A stretch of DNA of 64,000 bases from Felis catus (Eukaryota), in the NCBI RefSeq assembly GCF_018350175.1, contig NC_058368.1, positions 157,296,001 to 157,360,000 on the forward strand, in the 5' to 3' direction. Shown one piece after another: positions 13,816-28,225 of this stretch. The notes below the pieces were generated by a model. The model had not been told where the DNA came from. It searched no databases and was given only the letters and a program-made list of their open reading frames with translations. The position numbers were made by a program, and so were the translations under genes. How positions within the stretch are numbered: position 1 is the first letter of the stretch; the number at the start of each line of letters is the position of its first letter.

Positions 13816-14859
13816 TTCAGTGAATTGTTGAAAAAGGCTCCAGTAAAATATTTTAAAATAAAAAGTTTTTGTCCTTTTGTTGAGCTACCAGCTTTTCCTT
13901 TTGTCTACTATCTATGCTATGTATTTTCCTCCCAAACTATGTGTGTAAATTTAAATGTTGACCCCAAATTAAGAAGTGCTCATTTCTTTTCCCTGGGTTG
14001 TTTTGTTTTGTTTGACTCCTGGCCTAAGTATCCTGGAATTGGTTGCAAAGTGTGCAAGTTTAGATGATTCTTATTGTCATTATCATCACCGGAGTACATT
14101 ACCAAATGTATGAAAAGATATTCCAACTCCCCTCACCAGCATCACCAGGCAATGTTCATTTATCACTAGAAACCTAGCATCAGTTAATCAGATTGTTTTG
14201 AGAATCCTGCTCCCGATCTCACTATTTGACCTCCATTCTTTGAATGTATGCTGCTTTCCCTTTTTCTTTTCTTTTTGTTTTCTAGAGCCATGCCCATTTC
14301 TCTAACATCAGCAGTTTTCATGCTGAACTCCGATTTCCATTACATCAGCTTTTACTACTCCACATCCAAAAAACCAGCCTGTCAGCAAGTCTCATTCAAT
14401 TCTTTCTCTGAATAGTCCTAGAATTTACCACTTCTCACTATGCCCTCTGCCAGCACTCAGTCCATTCAATTTATACCATCTCTTCTCCAGACTAGTCAAG
14501 GAGCCTCTTCAGTGGTCTCTCTCCTTCTCTCCTTGTCTGTTGCCATTCTACTCCTCAACACCTCAGCCAGAGAGATACAAGTAAAACCTAGATCCTATCT
14601 TGCTTTTCTTTTCAGCTGCTTCAGTGGCCTCCTAGTACGCTCAGTGTAAAAGCCGAATTACAAATGCTACAAAGGTTGCCATTTTTTTACCTCTCTACCC
14701 TCATTGTCTTTTTCTCTCCTTTCCTCCTCACTAGCTGTTGAGCTGGTTAGGTATACTCCCACCTCAGGGACTTTGCATTAGCTATGTCATTTGATTCTTC
14801 AAAGGTACCAAGGTCTGCTCCTTGGCTTCCCTCAAGTCTTTCTTAAGAATCACTTTCTC

Positions 14860-15070
14860 AGGGCATCTGGGTGGCTCAGTTGGTTGAGTGTTTGGCTCTG
14901 GATTTTTGGCCCAAGTCATGATCACAGAGTCATGGGACTGACCCCTGCATCAGGCTCCGTGCTGAGTGTGGAGTGTGCTTGAGATTCTCTCTCTCTTTCT
15001 CTGCTCCTCCCTCCGATCATGCTTTCTCAATTGAAAAAAAAAAAAAAAGAAGTAAAAAAAAAAAAAAAGG
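14860..15070 (+). mobile_element. SINEC
   Basis: TSD aatca(c/t)tttctca; A tail. Confidence 0.85.
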
Positions 15071-18000
15071 AATCATTTTCTCACTAAGACCCTCTCGGTC
15101 ACCCTAACTTAACAGTCAGTTGTTTTCCCTTTTCTACCCCTATTTCATATTTCTACTATATTTGTTCTTCTTCTTATACATACCATTAACGTAAATAAAC
15201 TTGTTTCTTGTTTTTCTACCTGACTAGGATGTAAGTTCTCTGACAGCAGTGTTTTATATCCATTTGGATCACTGATCTTTCCCTAGTACCTAGAATAGTG
15301 TCTGACACAAAATAGAGTGCTCTAAATATTTGTTGAAATGAATGAATGAATGAAGACTATCTGAAAATAGATTAATAGAGAGAAATAAATATACCAAATA
15401 TTAAATTAGAAATCACCTTGAAAGTTTTCAGTGTACAATGTGCTCTGTAACTTTCACAATTAAGACAGTGCCATAACAACTCACCAAAAACAAAAATACA
15501 ACTTAATTATAGAACACTTTAGTTACACTCCTATTCTCATCATATTTAGAAATATCAACACCATTAAAAGTGATTTCCAGACATTATAGGTGCAGCCCCA
15601 AGAGTTTTGTCCCACATGTTCAAAAAAAAAAGCCAAGAGAATTCAGAAAAGTACATCAACAGCTATAAAAATCCAAAATTTAAATGGATTCTAATATGTT
15701 CTATTTACTACTCCCAATTTTATAGTAGAAGGCTAAATGCAAGATAATTACAGAATAAAACACATAATCACCTTTAATAATTAAAACCACAAAAATTGAC
15801 CCTATTTACCACAAAAGATTTCTCTCATTCAAGTAAAAGTTCGTCTGAATTAAAACTTTTAGTTCCCTAATTGTAGAATACAGTTTTCACTTGTTCAAAT
15901 GTAAAAGTTTAATATTTTTAAGTCCTCATGAAGAAATCAGTTGCAATTGGCAAGTGTAAACCTTTAAAACTTACTTCTTGCTAAAGGAAGTGGATATTGA
16001 AGGTACTGGGATATGGGTTCGACTGAAGAACACATGACTTCAGAAGCCACGACCTCAAGCCAAGAGCCTAAAATTAAATTTTCTCAGCCCCAGGAAGAAA
16101 ATTTCCTTCAAACCATTAGTCATGAAGAACTATTTAAGAACCATTATTCTTGGTATGTCCCTCTATACAAATCCCACCAGACATTTTGTTTGTTTGTTTC
16201 AGGCCAACAAGGTGGCCTTTTCCTAAATAAATAAATGCATAAAATTTTTAAAAAGAGAGATTTTAAAAACTAATCATGAAATCTAGAAACTCAATTTAAA
16301 TTTAATCATGAAATCCAACTCAATTAACTAAAGCCCCCTAGGTATTATTAAAACCACTCCTTTCAGCATGTTTGGGAACTATGGATCATTCCCAAAAAAA
16401 ATAAAATTTGCAGCATTTACAATCTGACCTTTTAAAAATAATTTCGATATCCAAGCATTAGCATTGTGTTCTGAATAATTTATTGTTGAAGTACAAGTAA
16501 CTTCCATCTGTACAGTATCCCCTAACAACTTGGGTTTCTTGCCAATCTCAGCAACACATTCTTCATAGTAAAATGGTGGGAAAAGTACAATGTAAGTGTT
16601 TTGAAAATGAGAAATAAAGTAATTATGCTTATATTCTTCTCTGAATGAGGTAAAGTTCTCATAAATAAATGACTTCAGTGACTTGGAAATAGGAACTCAG
16701 AGTTCTTTCTTTGGGATCAGAGTATCAATCTATTTCACTATTAAACCAAATTTATGGCTCAAGTGATAATGAAGTAAGTCAGAGGGTAGGAAGAGATGAA
16801 GGGAGTTGTGAAGAAAGCTGCAACTTCTTTCATTCTTTAGTGTTGGCAATGGTGAGAGAATCACAACGTGGAAGCAGCAAGAGGGGTTTCCAGACCAGTC
16901 TCTGGCTTCCTAGGATTCACCTTGAGGCTTCCTCAGGAATCATTGCCACTAGTGTGCTAGCCTTAATCGGTTTACATTCTAGACCAAGCATGGTCACCTG
17001 CCCATTTCCTACCGTAATATTCCAGAGCATACTCAAGAAAAATGTCCAAAAAGATTTGTCTAAAAAGATTTTATACTAAAACTAGGGGAGTGTAAAAGGG
17101 GGAAACAACTAGACACCGAGTCTAAGATACAGATTTATAAAGTCTGATTTGCTGTCTGGCGGACCACCATCTGGATGCCATCTTCCCACTATGTATCCAG
17201 ATACCTGCACTTCACCATCATCCCTCCCCAAAGTCTACACCCAAAACCCATACCATTGGTTCCGATTTACTTGATATTCTGGGAACATGTTATGCTGTTT
17301 CATACTTTTTGACCTAAGTGACACTGCTTCCTCTGTTCCTATCCACTTACCCTATCCCTTTTTTCACTTTGAAAATTTATAATCATTCTCTGAGACCCAA
17401 TTTGAGCATCCTTCTTCCATAAATCCTTCTCTGACCATTCAGAATGGTAGAGCCATTCATTCCTCAAAGATAAATTTACCTCTTACCATGTTCCAAAGAC
17501 AATTACTTGTTTACAGTTCCAATTGACTCCACTAGATTAAGCTCATTGACTGAAAGAATCCTGTTTTATCTCTGTATTCCCTGTCCCCAGTCCCAGCCAA
17601 TAGGAAAGTATTTAGTAAATGTCTGATGCCTGGTGGTCTGGATGAATGGTTAAAAGTGGTTCTAAGATCCCTCCTTTGGAATGAAATATATAGACTTTGG
17701 GATTACTATGTTACTCAGAGAGTTTTTTGGGTATATTTCCAGGTTTTGGTTATGATCCTTATGTTTGACATTGCCCGAACTCTGATTATCTGGATAAGGA
17801 GGTTATTACTGTACTGTGTAACTTTACAACATATTCTATTCTAACTGTGGTCTAGATGACTAAAATACACTTATCCATTAAGAGCTGTGTACTTTGAAGT
17901 AAATTATGTTACAAGATATTACTTTTTCCTGATCAGATATCTTTTCAACCTATCCACTCTCCAACTCCCAATATTTTATCTGTTGCAAATTCTTTTGGGA

Positions 18001-18490
18001 ATAGAGGTTATACAAAACATATCCACATATGCTTTGTTTAAATTGGTATCACTATTTTCTTTCCACATTAAAACATATACCCATACCATATTTATGTTTC
18101 TATTACTATAATTCATATCAGTTTTTTCACTGCCTTAATTGCCATAGATTTTAGTTAAAATATATCTAGATATGTTTCTGATTTTATATTAAGCAAATCT
18201 TAAGCAAATGTAGCAAACTACATGCATTGCAATTGTGGCTATAAAAAGGTTCCAGATTTCCAGTCTGGAGATAGATTTATGTATCTATCTCACTTCCTTG
18301 TCCGCCATTTCTCTGCTTTCCATAGACTTACACAATGAGTAAGATTTGAAATTTGTTTTTCTGAGACAAAATTAATTTCTTTCCTAAGCTACAGGCACTG
18401 ATCTCAAAATCAAGCATTAAATAATTGGTATGATATTAAAAATTCAATATACTTTTTGTAATCCTTTTCAAAGTTATGAAATCACATTAC

Positions 18491-18579
18491 CTGATCAGAC
18501 CGTGATAATCTTAGGATGGTAGGGAATTCGTCTTTAAACTCATCTAGAAGGTCCATGATTATTTTCTGGATCCCCTCGA
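18491..18579 (-). CDS. SPATA9: SPATA9 coding exon 2 (89 nt)
   Basis: Acceptor ttttgtcttag; reads (I)[29 protein letters not shown]; donor gtaatg. 61+89=150 nt keeps frame. Confidence 0.95.
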
Positions 18580-18769
18580 CTAAGACAAAAAGAAATTGGG
18601 GTGGGGGTGGAGAAAGCTTAACTAAAAACATTCCCTAACCACAATTCAAAAGAACATGGGACACTGGGTCCACTTTGTAAGTGACTGGGAAAGCAAGTAA
18701 ACCCTAGGGAAATTTATTCCCAGTTGTTTCCCACACCCATTATCCCCTTTACAATGAGATTGCATATAC

Positions 18770-18830
18770 TTCTTCCAGAAAAGTTCTTCAACACCTGTCC
18801 ACATATCCACCCAACAGGTTTGATTGGCAT
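18770..18830 (-). CDS. SPATA9: SPATA9 coding exon 1 (61 nt)
   Basis: ATG at 18830 reads [20 protein letters not shown] + A, then donor gtatat. Matches the remembered N-terminus of mammalian SPATA9. Confidence 0.95.
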
Positions 18831-19542
18831 GACAAGTTCTTGCTTGGGTTCCTACTGCTTGGCAAGCTTGCAGGCCACGGCCACACTTGTCCTACTCTGT
18901 CATTTGTGAGGGATGAGGGCACCCTTCCACTCAGGAAAGCAGGCAAGGACAGAACCTACAGTTCATTGCCAGAATTCTCTGTTACTGCACAATGGGCCTC
19001 TGAGAACTTGTTACAGAATCTTCTGAAATCACGCTGGCACTGAGAAGAGGAAGAATGTGTTTGAAGACACATTGAAGGGGAGGAGAAAGGAAAGTGAAAA
19101 ATAAACTGTACTAAGGAGTTCTGCATTATACGTTGAATTTTGACCCAATTTCTATAATGATACCTCAGTTAATGGATCATCTGAAACAAAGCTCCCTTTG
19201 AAAAGAGTTGGCATATGCTTTAAAAGAAATGTTTCACATATGATGCCAAGTGGAAAAGAAACACCAGCAGTTAATTCAGAAATACTTCTGAACAGGTTGT
19301 TTTTCCTTCACTCAAATAAATATCACTAAGTAAAAGACAGGCAAAATTATAAAATATATCGTTTGTCTTCTTTAAAATACCAAGCTATTTTTTTCTTCTT
19401 CATATTTTTCCCTCCTAGTCCTCTCCCACTTCATTATTTTCCATTTATCAAGTCTAGGAAGAATTTCATGTCATGTGTGCTTGATTACCTAGTTACTATT
19501 TTAGTGTGGATGAATTCAGAGTCGATTAACATAAATCCCATT

Positions 19543-19742
19543 TAAAATTTTTTTCATGCTTATTTATTTTCGAGAGAGAGAGCATGCAAGCAGGAGAGGG
19601 ATAGAGAGAAGGAGACAGAGAATCCAAAGCAGTCTCTGCACTGTCAGCACAAAGCCCAACACGGGGCTCGAATCCACCAACCTTGAGATGATGACCTGAG
19701 CCATAGTCGGACGCTCAATCGACTGAGACACCCAGGCACCAC
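19543..19742 (-). mobile_element. SINEC upstream of SPATA9 exon 1
   Basis: TSD aaatcccattt. Confidence 0.85.
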
Positions 19743-21525
19743 AAATCCCATTTTAATTTGAAAACTTTATATTTAATTGTAGCTAGACCATGTCCTCAGC
19801 AAGCATAAATCTGTGGGCGCTAAGGGTCTGCTCATAGGAACTGTCTAGGAAATGTTCATCAGAGGATTCTTTTCTTACGTAAAGCCTGCCAGATCCCTGG
19901 TTTCGATTTGTCCTTAGTCTTCATCTGAGAACACTCTTCACGACACCCAACCATTTCTCTTAACCTTAGCAGAACATGTTTCCCTCCATCATGACCCTTA
20001 TGTTTAAGATAATTATGCCATTAATATTTAGAAATTGCAATCCACTGCCAGAAAGAAAATCTTATTAGACGATGAACACACAGACTGAAAGTCTGTAAGA
20101 TAATGTAAACCTTTATTTGTCCTATTAAGTTATACGCCTATCAGAATTTACCCCAGGGAACAGCTGGCAGTACCTTCGTTCTCTGGTCTTCTTCCCTGTT
20201 CTCTTCTCCACTCTCCTTGGCCCCCTAATTTCTTTTCATCCATCTGCCTACCACTTGATGTCCTAGCTTCCAATTAGTTTCAGCCAGTTTTTGTTTTCTC
20301 TTTTTATCTTTTCTCACCCTCCTAGGCATCCTATGAAATTTGAAATTAACAAATCTATAAGAAAAGCAGTTCTCATGCTAAAAGGCATAACCGGACTCTA
20401 TGTGTTATGCTAACAAGGTTCTTTGCTTTCTACTGAATCTCTTCTTGGAAGAGGAATGATGAAAAAAAGACAGGGGATAATGAGATTTAAGAAAATTGCA
20501 ACTTGTCACACTTATTTTATGTTTGTGACCATGTATGATAATATTTTGGGTTTTGCTTAATTACCATTTTTACCTATATCTTTATGTATCATGTTATTTC
20601 AGGTAATAATGTTAGACAAAATAAATTATGTTAATGGTTATGTTCTTTAACTACTATATTCTTTTTTTTTTATAGCTCACAATAGAGTGCTCCATACTTA
20701 TAAAAATTAATTAGGAAACAGTTGCAAATACCTCCAAATAGTATTTACGTAAGCTCTGCAAAATTATTTGTATTTAAAAGGCTTTAATACGGGAAAAAAG
20801 AGAATCTTTGATTTGCACAAAGCTTAGAAGAAAATGAATATTTTACACACTGTAAGTGAAGGCAGTGTCAGCTTCGAGAATGAAGAGTTTTGGGGTTCAG
20901 TCAGACCCAGATTTAAATTCCAACTTTATCACCTACATACTGGGCTGTGTAAACTTGGGCAAATTATGTTTTCTAAACCTAAATTTTGTCTTTAAAAAGT
21001 TGGCAGTACTTATTTGATGGACCAATTATGTTCAATAAATGGCAACTGTTGTCAAATATACAATAGTTACCGTGCTTTTGGAAAATTTGCAAAATTTGGG
21101 TGAAAGTCAATACTAAGTTTGCCTTGTTCACATGGGTTTCAGCCTGTTTTCATTTCTCACACAACTGGCTGGAACCATCCTAAGTAGATTCTTCCCTCAG
21201 ACCTTCTTCGCACTCAAATGATACAGAGCTACTCACCTGATTTCAAGTATTACCTATCAAGTCTTTTGAATGACTTCTTTCAGAATCATCCTTGGCCCAG
21301 TCAGGGAGTTGGACTGGAAGCCATCTCTTTTTGGTGCCAGCCTCACAGGTGGATGAGTTCTGTTGGTCCCAGCGCTATATTCCTCCAGTTCACAGCATGC
21401 TTTGAGACTACGTACATCTCAGACTATGTATTAAATGCTTAGTAATGTCAAAATAATTTTAAAAATCATTATCTGAAGGAAGGATACTGACACTTACTGA
21501 AGGCCAAATAAGTACTAGTAACTGT

Positions 21526-21877
21526 TGTTAAAGAATAAACTGAGGGACATTAAAAAATTTAAGTTTATTTGGACAAAAATCTATTCGTATCAGGTATCAC
21601 CAAACCAGAAGTGATTAGGCATCACTAAACCAGAAGTGATTAGGAGCTCTCCACAGACAGTAGGTAGGGCCAAGACTTTCATAGGGAAGACGTGGAAACA
21701 AAGCAAGGAAATTATTTTGACTGTATTTAGCTTAAGCACATGCATTATTTAGGAAAGCCTAGTTGGCTGTTTGTGATTTGTTGCCTTAGATTTAAACAGC
21801 ATAATCTTGAGGCATTTACAGGTTTAGGCATTGGAGGCACCTCAATCTAATGCCCTCCATGCTTAATTAATTTAACA
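21526..21877. mobile_element. Solo LTR, ERV1-like
   Basis: TGTTAAA...TTTAACA termini; 4-bp TSD ctgt/ctat; internal 25-bp tandem duplication at 21596-21645. Confidence 0.65.
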
Positions 21878-22114
21878 CTATGCTAAGAGCTAGGTTATAC
21901 CACTTATCTCTTAATTCTCATAACAACTGTCAGAGGTAGGAATGTTCTGAAAGCAATCTGAAAATATCAAACAATACCAGTACATTGGTATTACCAATAC
22001 CAATTGTCATCATGGGAATATATCCCAATTTTTAAAAATCCTCTATAATAATTTGTATAAAAATAGTTAATGCAAGGCTCTTCAGGATGGCATAAATTGG
22101 AAGTAATTCAAATA

Positions 22115-22612
22115 CAGGTTTCCCCTGCTATCAGAAAGAAGAGCTTCCCTATTCCTATGAAATATTTTATAAGCTGAAATGGAATAAAGCAAAGAAGCAA
22201 TTATCACTAACTTATATGGAAAATTTTTTGAGTGTTTCCAGACCAAAAATTAACCTCTCTTAGGCCTTTCCAATAGCCTAGGACACTTCTTGCTAAGTGA
22301 TACACAAAATCAATTGAGGTAAAGCATAGTTGCTCAAAGACACGGTCCAAAGCTATTATGGCTGCTTGACACTGAGTGTAGTTCTGGGAAAGGAGCTTGG
22401 TGGGGCCACTGTTGCTGCTCAGGTCTGGACAGCCTCGATAACAGCATGCCGCAACACAAACACTGAATGCTATTTTCACTTTTCTTTCCTTTTCATAAAA
22501 GTGAAAATCTTCTTTGGATTTCTTCCAGAGAGTAAAAGCAGGTAGTACTATCAAGTCTTTTATAAAAGCACAGTGGGTATAACACAAACTTTTGAGAAGT
22601 AGGGACTACCTG
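22115..22612. mobile_element. Tigger/TcMar-type non-autonomous DNA transposon
   Basis: TA|CAGGTTTCCCCTGCT ... AGTAGGGACTACCTG|TA: imperfect TIRs with TA target duplication. Confidence 0.7.
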
Positions 22613-23935
22613 TACATAGCATTCATCAAATTATTGTTACCCCAACACTATGGAAAAGCTTCTGCTCGTTGTATTCGTAAAATGTGGAGTCTTTAAAAAT
22701 CTAACTATGTGCATAAACTAAATTTAACAAAAAGTATGGAAAACAATTTAGTTTATAACCACCCAAAGTTATACGTACACAAACAAGGCTTAGAAAGGAA
22801 AATACTAATAAAAAGCAATGTTTATTGGGTTCTTTATGCCCCCTAAAATTGTGTCATGGCAAACAAAGCACATAAATTTTAAAAAACACTATAGAAAAAC
22901 TGTTTCCATGATTATTCACTTATGCCTAACTGATTAAATATCAAGTTTATGTCATGAAGTATAAAGTAAGATAGCATAAGATAGATAAGTAAGATAGTAA
23001 GATAGTATATCACTTTGTTCAGAGACTAGTGAAAATTTTTATATCAATAAATTTAGTGTGTAGGAGACGTCTCCACAACTACTGTTAAAGGCTCAGACAG
23101 GTCCTGATGTTGGAGAACTGATGGGGCAGACTGATAAAAGCCTATGTATATACACTAGACTACAGGATCCTTCTGGAGAGAACACAGATTTAAGTACAAG
23201 GGTCAGCTCTAGCAAAGACAGTCTAGTAATGATGCCTTAATTATCTTGGAGAAGAGTGATTCTGAGCACAGGCTGTTGTATGTCATTCAGATCCCTCCAG
23301 TAGGGATTCGGAGTAGATGGAAGGAAACAGAGGCCATAAACAGTCTTACTAAGCTTTCTTAAGGCAGTGAGCACAAATTAGCTATACAATTAGGGTATCC
23401 CCCACAGAAAGTAAAAGAAAAAGGGAAAGGAAGCATTTTCAGGACTTTGCCAAAGATCTTGGCTCTCTGAAAGTGTCATCACATTAGTGTGGGAGTGCAT
23501 TGTGAGGATGCAGTGTCCAGAAAAGAGCCAAAACTGAAACAGTGCCTGAGGGAGACATAGTAGTATCCATAGAAGTAGTCACAAATGCCAAGCAGATGCT
23601 ACTTGCAAGGCAGCTGACCAAATTTGTTCTTAATAATTAGACACTTCGGGAATTCCCAAAAATATTTGCAGGGAAGGGAGAAGATTCAAGCCTTTGTACA
23701 GATTTGAAGTTCTGCAGGGGGGCAAAGCCACTGAAGTATAGGTTATTGTTATTCTTGTGATCCTACTTACAATTATAAGTTGACCAAGCTTGGGAAATCC
23801 TGGGTCACAAGAGAAAATATACAGACCTTCTCATTATAGTAAGAATTAGAGACAGCTTGTGTGTCAACAGGATATTTCTAACTTAAATCATTTGAAAAAT
23901 ATTAGGGGAACTTATTTTGTAAAAGTAACCCTAGA

Positions 23936-24190
23936 GGGGAGCCTGGGTAGCTCAGTTGGTTAAGCTTCCGACTCTTGATTTGGGCTCAGGTCATGATCTT
24001 AGGGTTTGTGAGTTCTGCACTGACCCCACAGAGCCTGCTTGAGATTCTCTCTCCCACCCTCTCTCTCTGCTCCTCTTCCACTCCCACTCTCTCTTTCTCT
24101 CTCAAAATAAATATATAATATTTAAAAATATGTTTAAATATTAAAAATACTAAAAATATTTAAAAATATATGTAAAAATAAATAAAAAAT
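23936..24190 (+). mobile_element. SINEC
   Basis: TSD aaaagtaacc; long AT-rich tail. Confidence 0.85.
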
Positions 24191-25328
24191 AAAAGTAACC
24201 ATAAATAAAATTCTTCTTCAAGGCAAAAAAATCATCTTTTTAATACCCAACTAAATATCTGCTATATATCTTATAAATATACATTTTTCAAAAATATTTC
24301 AAAACAGATATATTTACAACATTTTGTTTCCTCTGAAAAATTCTTTAATAATTCTCTTCTATAATTTCAGTAGGGTACCATTAATATTGAGTAGACTTGG
24401 AAAGCCCAATGGAAGTCTTCAAATAGTTACAGTAAAACGGCAGGACATATAGGAGACAGAAATTGCAGTGTTAGCACTGCCGCCCAATTGTAGGAATTGC
24501 GGAGGTTGGTTAGATGGTAGGAAGCTGACAAGGTCAGACTTTTTGTTGGCTGTTTCCCACAACACAATATAAGCTCCATGAGTTCAGGGTCTTGGTTCAC
24601 TCAAGGCTGTATTCCCAAAACCTGGACAGTGCTTTTATAATTTTACAATATTACAAAATATGTCCTGAATGAATATAATCAAGTATATTACTTATATTTC
24701 AGAGAGAATGAAAAATTTTACCATTAACAAATTCGTCATGGAGTCAACCAACTGATATGTAACTACAGAACACATAAGACACATTACATACATAAATACA
24801 TACATACACACACATACATACAATGTTTATCACACGTTATGGGAAGAAAACTTTTCCCCTACATATGAAGCACTTTATTTTTATTTACTTTACCCATCAT
24901 AGTGAATACTAACTCATGTGACATGTCCTAATTAATTAACTGATATAATTAATTCATTATGAGCTCAATCAATAAGAACTTGAAAACAGATACAACAAGA
25001 ACATTTGTCTTTGATTTCCCTTTCTGCTTTTTTATTTGGTAAATAATTCTGGGTATATTCACTGCAGACCGTCTATTATTCTGTATATCTGAAAATATAA
25101 AATAAAAGTGTAGCAAGTTAATATGTATAGTATTGATAAACATGAGTAAAGTAAATGAAAATATGTAATGCAACAGAGATAAAAAGCATACATATGTAAA
25201 AACTTTCAAAATAGGTATTTTTAAGAACTAATCCCTAAAACAAAGAAATTTTAAAAAATAGCTGTATATTAAAATTTCTTGCAACACCTAAAAATGATTT
25301 AAGTCCAGTGACTTTAGAACACAGCTCA

Positions 25329-25546
25329 GGGGCACCTGGGTGGCTCAGTTGGTTAAGTATCCAACTTTTGATTTTGGCTCAGGTCATGATCTCACAGTTC
25401 GTAAGTTCAAGCCCCAAATCAGGCTCTACCTGCTTGGGATTCTCTCTCTCCTTCTCTCTCTCTGCCCTTCCCCTGCTTCCTCTCTCTCCCTCTCTCTCTC
25501 TCTCTCACTCTCTCTCTCAATAAACAAATAAACATTTAAAAAAATA
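25329..25546 (+). mobile_element. SINEC
   Basis: TSD agaacacagctcag. Confidence 0.9.
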
Positions 25547-25926
25547 AGAACACAGCTCAGAACACCACAAGGACAAAAAGAACTACAACGACCTTTTAAA
25601 TTTCCTTCAGTCATTTTCTTGGTAGTTTTAATAGTAGTTTTGTTATTTGAAATTATGTTTCTTACAGTGCAAGATAAACACGTTTTAGTTAATGTTAAGA
25701 ATCAAAATTTCAGTATAAGAGAAAAAATAGACCTACTCAGGAAATAAAAGAACAAAATAAAACATTGTTTAATGTTAAAGAGAATTGAAAATGATTTTTA
25801 AGCATGCATTTTTGGTCTAGCTGTACAGACTGGAATGGCCAGAAACATTGCTAGCCCTGTAAAGAACACCCCTACTACTTATATTCTGGGCTTCAATATC
25901 ATTCCCCACTATGATAAACTAGGAAC

Positions 25927-27008
25927 TCTTGGTTTGGGCTCACGTCATGATCTCACAGTTATTAGGCTCAAGCCCCACATCAGACTCCACACTGACACAC
26001 ACTCTCTCTCCCTCTCTCTCTCCCCCTGCCCTGCTTGCTCTTTCTGTCTCTCAAAATAAATAAATAAAAAACTTCAAAAAAATTTTTGAAAAGTGCATTG
26101 TCTTAAAAAATTATATTTATGTAAAAAACCGGAAAGGCATTTTTAAATTTTTAAATATTCACACAGTCAAATTAAACTATATTTACTTTCTAAAGCTTCT
26201 GGTTTTTCTGTTAATAAAGTTTATCCAGGCCCTAAGTTAAACATTCAGTCTCCTAAATTTTCTTAGGTTTTCTTTCTCTAAAAAGTAACTTTTTAGTTAA
26301 AAAAAAATTTTTTTTTTAATAGGGGCACCTGGGTGGCTCAGCTGGTTGAGCGACCGACTTCGGCTCAGGTCATGATCTTGCAGTTTGTGAGTTCGAGCCC
26401 CAAGTCGGGCTCTGTGCTGACAGCTTGGAGCCTGGAGCCTGCTTCGGATTCTGTGTCTCCCCCTCTCTCTGCCCCTCCCCTGCTCATGCTCTGTGTCTCT
26501 CTCTCTCAATAATAAATAAATGCTGAAAACAATTTTTTTTTTAAATAAAAAAATTTTAAATAATTTTTTTAATGTTTATTTTTGAAAAAATTTTTTAACG
26601 TTTTATTTATTTTTGAGACAGGGAGAGACAGAGCATGAACGGGGGAGGGTCAGAGAGAGAGGGAGACACAGAATCTGAAACAGGCTCCAGGCTCCCAGCA
26701 GTCAGCACAGAGCCCGACGCGGGGCTCGAAATCACAGACAGTGAGATCGTGACCTGAGCCGGTCGGACGCTTAACCCATTGAGCCACCCAGGCGCCCCTT
26801 AATGTTTATTTTTGAGAGAGACAGAGAGAGAGAGACAGAGAGAGAGAGAGAGCGCGCGCACGTGAGCGGAGGAGGGGTGGAGAGAGAGGGAGACACAGAA
26901 TCCGAAGCAGGACCCAGGCTCCGAGCTGTCAGCACAGAGCTCACGTGGAGCTTGAACTCATGACTGAGCCGAAGACAGAGGTCAACTGACTAGCCACCCA
27001 GGCACCCC
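25927..27008. mobile_element. SINEC cluster: truncated plus ~25927-26080, plus 26322-26540, nested minus pair ~26570-27008
   Basis: Four SINEC bodies; inner TSD ttaatgtttatttttga. Confidence 0.85.
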
Positions 27009-28007
27009 TATTTAAAAATTTTTAATCCATCTATGCTTCTTCATTTTTAATAGGTTGCTATTTCCTTCCATCTGAATATCAAATTGTTTTAGTACTACTG
27101 ATTAATAAACTATTGTTCTCATTGATAGGAAATGCCACTATTATCACACACACATATATGTGAACTATTTCTGGACTTTCTATTCTGGTTCACAGATCTA
27201 TTTCTGTCATTATAACACTGATTTGACGACAGTGACTTTATAGTATGTTTTATTTTCTGTTAAGGAAAGCATCTGCTGATCTCCTTTTTCATTCATTGTG
27301 TCTAGTGGTATTCCCTACTCCTGCCCCTCAACTTGGTGTTTCCACTAATCTCTTAGATTTTCTATGTATTCACTGACATCAAAGGGGGAAAAAGATAATT
27401 TCATCTTACTTTTTCCCGTGTCCATATCAATTATTTTATTATCTTATTTAAATACATTCACCAGGACTTCAAAACACAATGTTGAGTAATTATGATTGTT
27501 TTCAATGAAAACAGCTTCAATATTTTATTTCAATTTTTTACCAAAAAAACAACAGAAAATGTTATTCTAAATTATCTAAATCATATTTAGTTTCCCTCTA
27601 TGCCCATTCTGGTTTTGTTCATTATTATTAGGAATGGTTGTGAATTTTATCAACTTCCATTTCATAATCTATAGATGTGATCACTTCTTTTTTGTTCCTC
27701 TCAATGTGTTCATATAATAAATTCTGTATTAGCTTTCCTGATATTGCAACCATCTTTGCATTCCTGGAAAATAATGTGTACCTGATGATAGCATATTATT
27801 GCTTTGATATTTTGCTAGATTCACTTGCTCATATGTCATATACAGTTTTCATAACTATATTCCTAAATGAGATTTGTCCTTGCCTTTCTTTTCTGTACAA
27901 ACAGGTGAGTCCTAAATTTATGTGACTATGAATTGAGAAGGCTTGTATCTTTCACAGTATTTAGTATCCCTTTTTCTTTCTTTTTCCTTTTTTAAAACAG
28001 AGGTATA

Positions 28008-28215
28008 GGGGCATCTGGGTGGCTCAGTTGGTTATGTGTCCAACTTCGGCTCATGTCACAATCTCATGGTTCATGAGTATGAGCCATGCATCAGCACTGC
28101 ATCTCTGCTGTCAGCACATAGCCTGCCTTGGATCCTCTGTCTTCCTTTCTCTCTCCCCCTACCCTGTTTGCACTTGCACGCTCTCTCTCTCTCTAAAATA
28201 AATAAACATTAAAAC
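28008..28215 (+). mobile_element. SINEC whose tail received the L1 insertion
   Basis: SINEC head and (CT)n; tail interrupted by the L1. Confidence 0.85.
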
Positions 28216-28225
28216 AAATCTTAAA

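Noticed and set aside
18894..18966. Short uORFs upstream of SPATA9 (MTE*, MNCRFCPCLLS*)
   Set aside because: TSS unknown, and such ATGs are expected by chance.
25290..25680. Cys-containing peptide KGRCSSFCPCGVLSCVL, interrupted by a SINE, as a transposase or relic exon
   Set aside because: Similarity too weak and no clear splice sites.
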